A DNA stretch of 64,000 bases from NCBI GenBank assembly GCA_963756875.1, contig CAVWPA010000003.1:608001-672000 (forward strand), written 5' to 3'. This stretch comes from an uncultured Verrucomicrobiae bacterium (GTDB taxonomy: Bacteria > Verrucomicrobiota > Verrucomicrobiia > Chthoniobacterales > UBA10450). The translations under genes and the position numbers were made by a program. The stretch's first letter is position 1, and every line of letters begins with the position of its first letter. Positions 1 to 10,463 of this stretch are shown one piece after another. The notes beneath the pieces were generated by a model that did no database searches, had not been told where the DNA came from, and saw only the letters and a program-made list of their open reading frames with translations.

Positions 1-12
1 AGATTTTCTGAA

Positions 13-49
13 TTGAGCGTTGGGCGTTGGACGTTCGGCGTTGGACGTT
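13..49. repeat. Heptamer tandem repeat (TTGAGCG/TTGGGCG/TTGGACG/TTCGGCG)
   Basis: Five degenerate 7-bp units; reverse complement of the AACGCCG-type runs near 18763, 20851 and 55269. Confidence 0.8.
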
Positions 50-73
50 TGCTTTCAAAGGAGCGCAATTAAC

Positions 74-1027
74 ATGAGTGAATCCGCAACAGCTACACCA
101 ACCGCCACTCCGGCATCGGAGCCGCGCGAAAAATTAACCAAAAAAGCGATAACGGCCGATCATCCCACCTGGTGCCCCGGTTGTGGAGATTTCGCCGTCC
201 TGGCCTCCTATTACAAAGTCCTCGAGAAACGCCAGATCGAGCACGAAAAGATCGTCACCCTGGCCGGGATCGGTTGTTCCTCGCGGTTTCCCTATTTCGT
301 CAACGGCTTCGGCGCGCACTTCATTCACGGCCGCGCCGTTCCGCTGGCCAGTGGGATCAGTCTGGCCCGGCCCGATCTGAACGTGTTCCTGTTCGGCGGC
401 GACGGCGACGGCTTCTCCATTGGCGGCAACCATCTCAATCACGGCGCGCGCAAGAACATCAACATGGTCTACTTCATCATGGACAACTTCGTCTATGGCC
501 TGACCAAGAAACAGACCTCGCCCACGTCGCCCATCGGGTTCAAGAGCAAGACCGATCCCACCGGCGCCATCGATCAACCGGTCAACCCGATGAAACAGCT
601 GATCGCGGCCGGGGCGACATTCATCGCCCGGACGCACGCCGCGCAGGTCAACCACATGATCCAGATGATCGAGCGCGCCATGGACCATCCCGGGTTCAGC
701 GTCATCGAATGTTTGAGTGAATGCGTCGAATTTTATCCCGGCGCATTCGACCCGGCCAACCCGCGCAAAGGCGGCGCGTTCGAGCTGATCCAGGAAAAGA
801 AATACGACAACACCCCCGAAGACGAGCTCCGCCACGACGTCACGGATGAATTAGCAGCCTACAAACTCGCCCAACTCCCATTCCCCGGCGTGTTCGGAGT
901 GTTTTATCAAAACGACAGGCCGACCAAAAACGCACTCGAGAAAAAGTGGATCGAAAGTTCGCGCGAGAAGACCGGCAACGCCTCGGATCTCCAATTACTG
1001 CAAAAAACGTTCGATCGCCTGAAGTAA
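74..1027 (+). CDS. korB: 2-oxoacid:ferredoxin oxidoreductase beta subunit
   Basis: WCPGCG, GIGCSS, HGR and GDGDG TPP-binding motifs, YGLTKKQTSPT; ATG at 74 preferred over TTG at 20. Confidence 0.9.
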   Translation: MSESATATPTATPASEPREKLTKKAITADHPTWCPGCGDFAVLASYYKVLEKRQIEHEKIVTLAGIGCSSRFPYFVNGFGAHFIHGRAVPLASGISLARPDLNVFLFGGDGDGFSIGGNHLNHGARKNINMVYFIMDNFVYGLTKKQTSPTSPIGFKSKTDPTGAIDQPVNPMKQLIAAGATFIARTHAAQVNHMIQMIERAMDHPGFSVIECLSECVEFYPGAFDPANPRKGGAFELIQEKKYDNTPEDELRHDVTDELAAYKLAQLPFPGVFGVFYQNDRPTKNALEKKWIESSREKTGNASDLQLLQKTFDRLK

Positions 1028-1182
1028 GATCGAACGTCAATCCGACTCTCAACAACCTGTCGCGCCGGAGCCAGAAAGGCGGATCAACTATCAACACTCA
1101 ACTTTCAGACTGACCGCATGAAGTGACTGGGGAGCGGTCGCCGCGGCGACCTGTCTTGGCGTCCTCGCCGAACACCCTCTTC

Positions 1183-1206
1183 TGTAGCGGCAGCCGTGTC
1201 GGCTGC
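1183..1206 (+). repeat. GTAG-type REP copy
   Basis: TGTAGCGGCAGCCGTGTCGGCTGC, 1 mismatch to 61840-61863; a further inverted copy lies at 19008-19031. Confidence 0.75.
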
Positions 1207-1282
1207 AACCGTACCAGCCTAAAAGTCTGTTAACGGATAACAATTAACTTCTAACCGATAACTCCGCGCAGGCCCCCGCGGT

Positions 1283-2839
1283 TCAGACTCCGGGAACGAC
1301 CGTAGTCTCTTCCATTTCCTCAGGCGTTATCTCGGCCTTGTCGGTGATCAGCTTGCGCAGGAACGGAATGAGCAGGACGAGCGCGATGCCGACCACGAGG
1401 CTGCCCGCGCCGAGTGCGCCGAAGAGCTTCGCATACTCAGGGTTGGTCACGATCGCCGTGGTGCCCTTCGGCTCGGGGATCATGCCCGAGAAGTCGCCCG
1501 CGAAGAGTGACGCGAGGCCTGTCATCAGCATCCAGCTGCCCATCATTATCCCCTGATACTGCTTCGGCGCGAGCTTGCCGATCATCGCGTATCCGATCGG
1601 AGAGATGAGCAACTCGCCGATGCTCTGCAGCACATAACTCATGAACAACCACACGAACGCGCTCTTGCCGTCAACGCCGGCCAGCTTGATGCCTACCGGG
1701 AGAATGAGAAAGCCCAGCGCCATCAAGGTCAGCGACGTTGCAAACTGCTTCGGGATGTCGATCCTCCATCCGCGCGCGCGCATCCGGGTAAACAACGCCG
1801 CGAGAATTGGTCCGCCGACCACGATGCAGACGGTGTTGATGTTCTGAATCCACTGCGGCTGAATTCTTACCTTGCCGATCATCAGGTTGACGTTGTGGAC
1901 CGCGAACAGCATCAGGCCGCTCGGTGCCATTTGATACAGCGACCAGAACGCCAGCGAGCCGGTGGTCAGAATCAGATACGCCGTCATGTTCCGCCGCTCT
2001 CGGCGATCCGGGTGGCGGACCGTGAGATAGATGAGCGTCAGCGCGACCGCGCCGCAGATCCCCTTGACGAGCGTCTCGGTCCCGCCGGGCCTCTGGAGCA
2101 AGAACCACACGACCGGTATGAGACCGAGGAGAATGCCGATGCCGGCGAGCAGGCGCAGCCGGAATTGCTTCGACGTCGCCTCGAGTAGTGGCGTGTTGCG
2201 GTCGGCCAGCGTCTTCCACGAAAACAGGGCGAGGATGATGGAGACGAAGTTGCCGAGCGTCGCGAAGATGAAAAGGCTTGCGTAGCTCTCGGTCCCCTGG
2301 AAGTAACCGGCGACAGCGAACCCGACGAAGAACCCGACGTTCATGCCGGCGTAGTTCCAGAGGAAAGCACCTTCGCGGCGCGGGTCCTCCGAGGTAAAGC
2401 GCTGCGTCAGCATCATGTTGATGCAGGTGACGTTCAGGCCGCTGCCGGTGAGGAAAAAGGCGAGGCCGATGTAGAACATCGCCGCCGTGCCGACCGCAAT
2501 GCACCCGCAACCGATGACCTGCACCGCCATGCCCCCGACGAAGAGATTCCGGTTCGAGAGAAAACGCCCGCCCAGGTAACCGCCGAAGAGATGCAGACCG
2601 TAGTTGAAAGCGCCGAACACGCCCATCAACGCGGTTGCCAGCTTCACCGAGAGCTGCAGATGCTTCGTCGCGTAGAGGACCAGCGTCGAATAAAGGACGG
2701 CGAAGCCGAGCGTCGCGAAGATCTGAATAAAGAACAGCACAGCCGTTCCCTCCGGAGCCGCGGCGAACCGGCGTTTGATAAAATTGACGGGGTTCGTCCG
2801 CCCGCGAACCTCGCCCTCCGGGTGACCTTTAGTTGTCAT
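1283..2839 (-). CDS. POT/PTR family proton-dependent oligopeptide transporter (MFS)
   Basis: Many TM segments, DPRREGAF..YAGMNVG and SIGELLISPIG motifs. Confidence 0.9.
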   Translation of the reverse strand: MTTKGHPEGEVRGRTNPVNFIKRRFAAAPEGTAVLFFIQIFATLGFAVLYSTLVLYATKHLQLSVKLATALMGVFGAFNYGLHLFGGYLGGRFLSNRNLFVGGMAVQVIGCGCIAVGTAAMFYIGLAFFLTGSGLNVTCINMMLTQRFTSEDPRREGAFLWNYAGMNVGFFVGFAVAGYFQGTESYASLFIFATLGNFVSIILALFSWKTLADRNTPLLEATSKQFRLRLLAGIGILLGLIPVVWFLLQRPGGTETLVKGICGAVALTLIYLTVRHPDRRERRNMTAYLILTTGSLAFWSLYQMAPSGLMLFAVHNVNLMIGKVRIQPQWIQNINTVCIVVGGPILAALFTRMRARGWRIDIPKQFATSLTLMALGFLILPVGIKLAGVDGKSAFVWLFMSYVLQSIGELLISPIGYAMIGKLAPKQYQGIMMGSWMLMTGLASLFAGDFSGMIPEPKGTTAIVTNPEYAKLFGALGAGSLVVGIALVLLIPFLRKLITDKAEITPEEMEETTVVPGV

Positions 2840-3042
2840 CTACCCGAGCGCTCCCGCTTGAACTCGTGTTCATCCGGCCGCCATTTGGACTGCGACCCCG
2901 AACAATGTCAAGACCTCCGACGGAACGTGTCGACTGGTAAGCTCACTCGATCCTCGATTCCGTAGAGGGCGTGGCTCAAAGTTGAGGGTTGTCGTTTTTT
3001 TTGCCATTAGTCGCCGAGAGCTGTCTTGACTGTAATTATCAC

Positions 3043-3082
3043 TTGATATGTGAACGCTGTTTAGTATAATGAACAGCGTTTA
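3043..3082 (+). promoter_or_regulatory. Sigma70 promoter overlapped by two TetR-type operator boxes
   Basis: TTGATA (3043)-16 bp-TATAAT (3065); TGAACgctGTTTA (3051-3063) and TGAACagcGTTTA (3070-3082) flank the -10. Confidence 0.75.
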
Positions 3083-3705
3083 TGAAAGCGAGAGCGAGAC
3101 GACAACGTTACCGGCAGGAGATGCGCTCTGAAATCCTGAACGCAGCCCGGGAAATCTTCGTGCGGAGTGGCCTCGAAGGATTTTCCATGCGAACCCTCGC
3201 CCGCTCCGTCGGCTATTCGCCCGCCGCGATTTATCTGCACTTTAAGAGCAAAGAAGAGCTCTTCGACATCCTGGTCGAGGAAAGCTTCGTCTCATTGTAC
3301 GATGCGCTTGGTATCTTGCTAAAAGAACGAGGCAAGGATCCGGTGCGGCAATTGAAGCGCGGGTTGCGGCTCTATGTGGAATGGGGATTGAAACAACCCA
3401 GCGCCTACCAAATCGCTTTCATCATCCGAAATCCTGCGAAGAAGCCGTACCGGACTCATCGCGCATTCGATCTTGCCCGCGCCCTGGTGAAACTTTGCCT
3501 GGGCAGATCCAAGGCAGCCGAGCACGAATTGGAATTGCGTACCCAGGCGCTGTGGGCCGCCACGCACGGCATCACCTCTCTTCTCATACAGAGATCCTCT
3601 TTTCCCTGGGTCTCGAAGCAACGCCTGATCGATCAGGTAATCGACAGCGCCGTGCAAGGGGCAATCGCTCCAATGAAGCGACGAAAATTAAACGGGAAAA
3701 ATTAG
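3082..3705 (+). CDS. TetR/AcrR family transcriptional regulator
   Basis: N-terminal HTH ILNAAREIF..SMRTLA..VGYSPAAIYLHFKSKEEL; C-terminal WAATHG. Confidence 0.92.
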   Translation: MKARARRQRYRQEMRSEILNAAREIFVRSGLEGFSMRTLARSVGYSPAAIYLHFKSKEELFDILVEESFVSLYDALGILLKERGKDPVRQLKRGLRLYVEWGLKQPSAYQIAFIIRNPAKKPYRTHRAFDLARALVKLCLGRSKAAEHELELRTQALWAATHGITSLLIQRSSFPWVSKQRLIDQVIDSAVQGAIAPMKRRKLNGKN

Positions 3706-3715
3706 GAGGGCACCT

Positions 3716-5239
3716 ATGCAAACAAAATTCGAAACCCCTGCAAAAAAATCCGAGGCAGCGCGAGCTGGATCCTGGATTCCTTTAGTTGTCGCGATTGTTC
3801 TTCTGCCATTTGCCAACGGAGCAAACGCCATCGCGCTGGCCGCATGGTTGGCGCCGCTCTTTTTGCTGCGATTTGCTCGAAGGCAGAGGATCATTGTCGG
3901 TATTCCCTTTGTTCTGGCCGTGCAAGTTGCCGCGCTCGCGTTCCAGTATCGCGGAATGGTGCCGTTTCCGACGGCTCTCTACGTGGCCGTGATGGTCTTT
4001 TATGGGCTGTGTTTCACTCTGCCCTATCTGGGCGACCGTCTCCTGGCGCGCCGGCTCTCCGTCTTTTCGGGCACGCTCGTTTTCCCGCTGATCTGGACAA
4101 CAATAGAATATCTCCTGTCTTTTGGACCGTTCGGAAGCTGGTTTGCGACGGCCTATTCGCAGTACGGTAACCTGGCACTGCTCCAAATGCTTTCGGTCAC
4201 CGGCCTCTGGGGTGTCACATTCCTGATCGGATGGACGGCCGCGACGGGAAATGCGTTGTGGGAAGAGTGGGCCACTGCGCGACGCGTCCCGCGGGTTGCG
4301 ATATGGTGCGCTTTGCTTGTCATCATCACGATGCTCGCGGGTGGTGCGCGTCTTGCCCTCTTCCCACCTGGAGGAGAAACCGTCCGGGTGGCCACCCTTT
4401 CACGGATCGAGGGCAAATTGCATCCTGATCCGAAAGTCGTCGGGCGCATGTTCCACCACGAACCACTCACCCCTGAAGAAATTGCGACGATTCGGCAAAA
4501 CTCCGCTGCGATTGACAACGACTTGTTGAAGCGAAGCGAGGGCGAAGCAAAAGCTGGGGCCCGCATCATTTTCTGGGGTGAGGCGAATGCACCGGTGCTG
4601 AAGGAGGATGAGAACGATCTGATCCGGCGTGGCGGGATCCTGGCGAAGCGCGATGGCGTGTATCTCGGAATAACGCTTGCCAGCTGGCATCTGGAAACAA
4701 CGCCGTCTCTCGAAAACAAGATCGTTCTCATTCAACCCGATGGCAGTCCTGCTTGGGAATTTTTTAAAGCCCATCCGGTGCCAGGTGGGGAAGCGGCGAT
4801 CTCCATTCGGGGCGATGGAAAGTTACGCGCACTTGATACTCCCTACGGGCGGCTGAGTTCGGTAATCTGTTTCGACGCCGATTTTCCTCAGCTCCTCGGA
4901 CAGGCGGGACGACTGGGAACCGACATAATGCTCGATCCGTCTAACGATTGGAAAGCGATCGACCCGTGGCATACGAGGATGGCTAGTTTTCGAGCAATCG
5001 AACAGGGGTTCAACCTCGTCCGGCACACGAGCCAGGGTCTCTCTGCCGCTTTCGACTACCAAGGTCGACAGCTGGCATCGATGGATCACTACCACACCAC
5101 CGATCACGTCCTCGTAGCACAGGTTCCAACTCGCGGAACGCGGACTCTCTACGCGCTGATTGGAGACTGGTTTGCCTGGGCTTGCCTGGTTGGGCTAACA
5201 GGTCTGGTCATCTTGGGAGCAAAAAATCGCGCTCTCTGA
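3716..5239 (+). CDS. Apolipoprotein N-acyltransferase-like carbon-nitrogen hydrolase
   Basis: N-terminal TM bundle; nitrilase E-K-C triad (WGEAN, FFKAHPVPGGE, ICFDADFP); RBS AGGAGG. Confidence 0.85.
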   Translation: MQTKFETPAKKSEAARAGSWIPLVVAIVLLPFANGANAIALAAWLAPLFLLRFARRQRIIVGIPFVLAVQVAALAFQYRGMVPFPTALYVAVMVFYGLCFTLPYLGDRLLARRLSVFSGTLVFPLIWTTIEYLLSFGPFGSWFATAYSQYGNLALLQMLSVTGLWGVTFLIGWTAATGNALWEEWATARRVPRVAIWCALLVIITMLAGGARLALFPPGGETVRVATLSRIEGKLHPDPKVVGRMFHHEPLTPEEIATIRQNSAAIDNDLLKRSEGEAKAGARIIFWGEANAPVLKEDENDLIRRGGILAKRDGVYLGITLASWHLETTPSLENKIVLIQPDGSPAWEFFKAHPVPGGEAAISIRGDGKLRALDTPYGRLSSVICFDADFPQLLGQAGRLGTDIMLDPSNDWKAIDPWHTRMASFRAIEQGFNLVRHTSQGLSAAFDYQGRQLASMDHYHTTDHVLVAQVPTRGTRTLYALIGDWFAWACLVGLTGLVILGAKNRAL

Positions 5240-5309
5240 CCTCCGACCGCTGACCTCTGCTTCCGCTCGCCACCTCATGCAATGTCAACCCGCTTTTGGT
5301 TCCAAGCCG

Positions 5310-6333
5310 TTAGACCACGACTTGCGCGTCGGAGGCTTGAAAGGTGGATGAAGGAACGTGCGAGTTGCAGTGGGTCACAATTCCGCACCATTTCATCGCG
5401 CAAATGATCCAATAAGGAAGTGTCTACCTCCCACCACCGCAGACCACTACGCGCGAGACGCGGATAATTGTGATGATTTTCGTGCCATTCACCGGCGAGG
5501 AGTCCGTAAAAGATTTGATTCACCGGATGTCCGTGTTTGCCGGTGGCGCCATGCATCGCGCTGTGACCGCGGTAATTAAAATCACGCAGGAGAAACACAC
5601 AGAAAAACACGCCCGAAATCCACGCCCATACTCCCCACCATCCGGCCACGGCGAAGGCAAGCCCGCCCCAGAATAAATGCGCGAACACGGCGCGAGCGAG
5701 ATAGATCCAGACGTTTTCGATCGAACCCGTGCGTCGATATTGTTCGTGCGAACTGCTGATGATCCCGATGTGTCCAAGGCTTTTCGCCAGCCGGTCAAAC
5801 TCGGCCGCGGTGAGGTTGCGATTTGTTTTCTGTTGCGTTTCGGTCGCGAGATAACTGCCGAGCCATCCGAGGTGCGGCCCGTACGGATCGCCCGGATCAT
5901 CCGGTTTCGCGTGATGAAGTCGATGAGGGATCACGTAGCTCTCCTCGCGAAAAGGAATCGGGTTCGTCCACAGGAAAAATCGCGCGCACCAGATGCTGCG
6001 GAACTTGAATGCCTGATGCGAACAGAAGCGGTGAAACCAAAGCGTATTGTAAATGGTTCCGACGAAGCTCGAGATCAGCAGGACCGCAGCGATGGAAGCG
6101 ATGGAAAAATGAGAAATAATTAGAAACCAGACAAACACCCCGAAACTCGCCAGGTGATAAAGCAGGTAGAGCGCGGGAATCAGGCGCGTTCGATCTTTCC
6201 AAAAACTGATCGCATCGAGCAACTCAGCCAGCACCTGCCGGGTCGTGGGCGTTTTGGGTGCCGGGCCTGGATGCCCGTAGGTCGGTTCGTCCAGGATCGC
6301 CTGTCGGTAAGTGGGATGTGCGTTCTCGCTCAA
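5310..6333 (-). CDS. Acyl-CoA/acyl-lipid desaturase, apparent +1 frameshift near 5421
   Basis: His boxes HRFCSH, HRLHH and HENHH; removing one base after WWEVD gives LPYWIICAMKWCGIV, the expected C-terminus, with stop at 5310. Confidence 0.85.
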
Positions 6334-6791
6334 GATCGGGCCGCGTCAGCTAATAATAGACCACGTATGGAATGCGGTGGCCAGCCTCACCGGGGCTGCA
6401 GATGCTTCGTCGCTTACGGGATCAGCGTTGAGTAAAGAACGGCGAAACCTCCGTCCTCTGACCTCGCTCCCTGCTCCCTGCTCCGTGCTCCCGCCCGCCG
6501 CCCCCAGCAATGTCAGGCGGTTCGCAGGGTGCGAACTTTACGGCAGCGTTGGCAAGGAGCCAACTTTACGGCTGGACGGGGACGTGCTGGGGAGGGAGGC
6601 CGGGCACCGAATTGGGGAATTGCGGGAGGCCGCGAGCATTGTTTGCGAGCCGGTCTAGGGAAGCCGGCGACGCGGTTTGGGAAACCGAGCCGCTCTCTGT
6701 CCTCCGACCTCCTTGGGATCGAATGAAATGGGGTCGTGTCCCTCCTTCGCTTCCGGCACCTTTTTTGCTCGATTTTCCGCTGTAAAAAGCG

Positions 6792-6819
6792 CTGACACGG
6801 TCTACAAATTGCCTATACT
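6792..6819 (+). promoter_or_regulatory. Putative sigma70 promoter
   Basis: CTGACA-16 bp-TATACT just upstream of ATG 6831. Confidence 0.55.
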
Positions 6820-6830
6820 ATTAATGAGAC

Positions 6831-7031
6831 ATGTCGAATAAACAGTTTTGGACGAAAACAAACGCAGCCGTGCTAAAGGCAGTCCGATTATCGAAAGGAA
6901 AGGGCGACAGCGCTCTCCGACGGGACTGGAAATTGAAGCAGGTTTCGAGAAGTGGATCGCATTCGCACGTCAGCATCTCGGACGTTCGTACTCTTGGGAC
7001 GGGCCTTTCACGAACGATCTCGACCGAGTAA
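6831..7031 (+). CDS. Small basic ORF overlapping the kinase gene, possible partner or antitoxin
   Basis: ATG directly downstream of the promoter; 66 aa; no recognisable motif. Confidence 0.3.
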   Translation: MSNKQFWTKTNAAVLKAVRLSKGKGDSALRRDWKLKQVSRSGSHSHVSISDVRTLGTGLSRTISTE

Positions 7032-7576
7032 ACGCCATCGATACTGAAACGGCGTTACTCCTCAAGATAGCGCCAGACTGGAGCGCGGAGGCATTCTACT
7101 CAGCTTGCACGGCGGCCAATCCCGACGTGACGAAAGGGTCGGAGCATTATGTAACGCGCTATCAAGACGGACTGTCTCCGCGCGTAGTGAAAGCTTCCAT
7201 CCCAGGGAAGTATGGGCGGCACGAGTATTCTCCGAGTCTGTACCTAAACTCTTGGCGACTGTTTCAACGATTCTTGCCGGCACTTGCGATTCGCGTCCAT
7301 GGCGTCCTCGTGCAGCCGGTAGCAGGGAAAGATACACCGTTGCCAAGCGTAGTCACCAGCATGCAGTACATCGAGGGCGGTCATCCGAAACCCCAGCAGA
7401 TTGCGGCGTACATGAAATCCCGCGGGTGGTTGGAATACACCGACCAAAGTGAAACGCAAGATTACGTTCAGAGACAGTCGCGTCAGATCATAAGGGATGC
7501 GCACCCGGGCAACTGGATTAAGCAGCGCGGAACTGCTGAGTTGATGCCAGTCGACATCAGCATCGAGCAGTTTTGA
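6848..7576 (+). CDS. Atypical Ser/Thr/Tyr kinase, polyvalent-protein (Kinase-PolyVal-like) type
   Basis: GSEHYV loop, VVK lysine, [14 protein letters not shown], catalytic RDAHPGN, PVD; start uncertain. Confidence 0.7.
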   Translation: MDENKRSRAKGSPIIERKGRQRSPTGLEIEAGFEKWIAFARQHLGRSYSWDGPFTNDLDRVNAIDTETALLLKIAPDWSAEAFYSACTAANPDVTKGSEHYVTRYQDGLSPRVVKASIPGKYGRHEYSPSLYLNSWRLFQRFLPALAIRVHGVLVQPVAGKDTPLPSVVTSMQYIEGGHPKPQQIAAYMKSRGWLEYTDQSETQDYVQRQSRQIIRDAHPGNWIKQRGTAELMPVDISIEQF

Positions 7577-7595
7577 GGCTCAATGTCCACCACGT

Positions 7596-7708
<113 letters not shown>

Positions 7709-7734
7709 CTTCCGTCCATTCGTCAGCGGAGACT

Positions 7735-7762
7735 TGTCAAGATTTGTTGACTGACCCCAATT
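7735..7762 (+). repeat. Left inverted repeat of the MTase-ParB-HD cassette
   Basis: TGTCAAGATTTGTTGACTGACCCCAATT; its reverse complement matches 11667-11695 with 1 mismatch and 1 extra base. Confidence 0.88.
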
Positions 7763-7789
7763 CCAATTCATTTCGCTCCCATTCGGCAT

Positions 7790-9374
7790 CTAAAGCCCAG
7801 CAGAACTGACGTAATCGATCGCGAACTTTGTATCGGACGCCCGATTGATCCACTGCAAGACGCTTTCGTATCTCCGCAATTTTGGCCGGCCAGTACCGCA
7901 GTGGTACGCGGGGCAAACACACTGTAGCGGTGACAGCCCCTGTAACAGAATTGACGGCAATTCCCTCGAGAACGCCGGCTCGAGGAAATTCAGAGCACGT
8001 AATGTCGCGCCGGTCATCTTGTAACGCGTCAGTAAACATCAGGGTCGCCGCGTAGGGCAACTGTTCAAACGGGATAGATGGGATGCCGTTGCTGCACAGG
8101 GTGTCGCGCGTGTGTTGATCGTGAAACATCATACTCAGTGCGGCGATGATGCATGCCTTGAGTGAAATCTCTGGATCATAAAGCTCGTGCTTGGCTGCTC
8201 TGTCGCGGCGACACCGAGTGATGAGATACAGGCCAGAAATCAAACTATGACCACACCGCCGGCCGTCAAAATATGCTCTTCGGAGCGCAGGGTCGAAACT
8301 AGCGACCACATCATCACCAAAGCCGGCCGGTCGCCACGCGTCGCTGACCCGCGTGAAAAGCTTGACCAAGTCTTCTCTCGCCTCGAGGAACTCGGTGTGC
8401 CACGCGTTGTTAATCGCGTTGAGAACTATGGATGGAACGTCATTTGACTGGTCGCTTCTGTTCTGGCTGCCGATGCTAAAAGCGAAAGTGCGCCAAAAAT
8501 CTTCACCCATGTAACCTGGGTCGTGGAACATGCACGTCAACGACCACAAGCTCTCCCACAAATGCAGCTTAGAAATCCGTTTTGGATCAGCAATATAGCG
8601 GTCGGGCAGTTCGGTTCGGGCTCGATGCTCGAGCATGCCGCCGAGCACTAGGAATCCGTTGAGTAGATTGTTGAAAGTGTGGAAAAAATGATCTCGTGCG
8701 CCTTCGTTTGCGCCAGCACGTTCCCAATCTTGAAGAGTCTGAAACAAGCCGATAGGAAAGAACAAGCGGCGATCTCCGCTTCGGATCTCCCTGGCGAGCG
8801 TGATTAGCAGATCAGATTCATCGTCGTAGGAAGGTAGAGACCGCAGTAGCGGAGTGTAGCGACGGTCTAACAGCTCAAATCGGCGCATTAAATAGGGGCT
8901 GAATCCCCGAACGTTTAACAATGCCTTACGCGTTGCCGCAGGGATGTGGCCACGTTCCAAAGCACCCCGCCGTAACTTGGGCATCGCGTAATCCGGCGGC
9001 CAAACGCGAAGCAGACCCTCCGAGGTCTCGAGAAGCAGTCCGAAGCCGAGCTTGTAACATTCCTCTGCGACCGCTTCCGCGATGTCGGTTGCGGAGACTT
9101 CGGGTGAATCCGTCGCGACGATTACTGCCGAAATCCGTTTCGCCGCTGTGAGTTGCTTGTGCGCACTCCGAACCCAATCAGGAATGCGCGGGAGACCCAG
9201 TGCATAAACAAGGTGATAGTGTCGGCCGTCCGCCAAACAAAGGTCTGGGCCGAAGCTCAATTTTTTCTTTAGCAGCCGCTTTTTATTGATCTCCCCAAAC
9301 GAAATCTCGCGAAGAACCCTGTCGCGACGCAAAGCGGCCTTTATTCCTTGCGCTGTAGCGCGAGTAAATCGCAT
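7790..9374 (-). CDS. HD-superfamily phosphohydrolase with a possible degenerate REase-fold N-terminal domain; apparent frameshift near 7871
   Basis: [41 protein letters not shown]; removing one A gives the C-terminus [28 protein letters not shown] (the uncorrected ORF runs into the IR to 7737). Confidence 0.7.
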
Positions 9375-9383
9375 GAAATCGAT

Positions 9384-10457
9384 TTAGAAGGTTTCTCGCG
9401 AAGCGCGCGCTGCCCGAATGAGCTCGTCTAAGGCCCGGCGAAACTTATCAATCATCTTCTTCTTGGCCGCCGACGAGCCCTTGGCTTCGGTAATGTATCT
9501 CGACTCGTATTGGTCGAGGGTACGCGTAAGCGCGACAATCGCTGCTATGACGCGCTGTGGTTTTGCTGGGCGCTCTTCCAGAAGCTCTGGTAACTGGGTC
9601 GTAATTTCCGCCTTAGCGTCTTCGAATTGAAAATCCTTTCTATTAACCAAATCTTTGAAAAGATTGAGCGCGGTCTTCTTCTTCGAGCCGTCCAGCGCTC
9701 GAGAGAACAGCGGCGACACGCTACGTATCTGTTCTCTACTAGTGAGTGTGCCGGTCTCTATTCCGCCAATAGTCTTGTCCAACGGTACTCGCCGCACCTG
9801 ATTCGCAGTTGTGTCGACGGCCTTGTTGCCATTGAAGTAGTTTGGGAAGGCTTCGACTGCAGGCTCGATAATACTCGCCTCTATGGCCAAGATGTACGAA
9901 TAAACATTCCGCGATGGCTCGCGTTCATCGAAACGAAAGATTTCATCCTTCAATTGCTTCGGCCAGGAGAGCACGTGTACTTTATCTTTTGCCGTAACCA
10001 GTGACATGTTCGTCTCTTCCGCGAGCTTGGCTGCCCATTCCGCTTTTTGTGCAAGCCTGAGGCCTCTATCAAGCTCGGGATAGGCTTCCACGAGCGAACG
10101 ACACTGCGCCATCGGCCCCCACTGCTCGCGGGTCATATGCAGATGAAACATTAGCTTGCGAACATCCGCCGTTACTCCACGCCCCTCCAGAATGTGAACA
10201 GGCACCATGTCCAACGCTAGCTCGCGAGCTGCCCAATACCGTCTCTCCCCATCAACCAGCTCATATTTGATCTCACCAGCTGTCCTGGACAGATCGCGAA
10301 TAACCAAAGGGACGAGGATGCCAACACGATTGATCGAGGCAACGAGTCGCTCGAAACTTTCGTTCCGGTCAATCGCCCCCCTAGGATTGTGGTCGCTAGG
10401 CCTGATTTCTTTCAGGCGGATGCGTTTTACGCGACTTGCGAATTGAGAAGTATCCAT
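9384..10457 (-). CDS. ParB/Srx N-terminal domain protein
   Basis: NPRG, LVASI..VGILVPLVIR, YELVDGERRYWA (intact arginine patch); helical C-terminus; no parA nearby. Confidence 0.88.
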   Translation of the reverse strand: MDTSQFASRVKRIRLKEIRPSDHNPRGAIDRNESFERLVASINRVGILVPLVIRDLSRTAGEIKYELVDGERRYWAARELALDMVPVHILEGRGVTADVRKLMFHLHMTREQWGPMAQCRSLVEAYPELDRGLRLAQKAEWAAKLAEETNMSLVTAKDKVHVLSWPKQLKDEIFRFDEREPSRNVYSYILAIEASIIEPAVEAFPNYFNGNKAVDTTANQVRRVPLDKTIGGIETGTLTSREQIRSVSPLFSRALDGSKKKTALNLFKDLVNRKDFQFEDAKAEITTQLPELLEERPAKPQRVIAAIVALTRTLDQYESRYITEAKGSSAAKKKMIDKFRRALDELIRAARASRETF

Positions 10458-10463
10458 AAGCAG

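Noticed and set aside
6533..6572. Direct repeat AACTTTACGGC x2, 29 bp apart
   Set aside because: Only two copies and no linked gene or structure that I can support
9384..10457. Chromosome or plasmid partition locus
   Set aside because: No parA, no recognisable parS, and the gene is embedded between the MTase and HD genes
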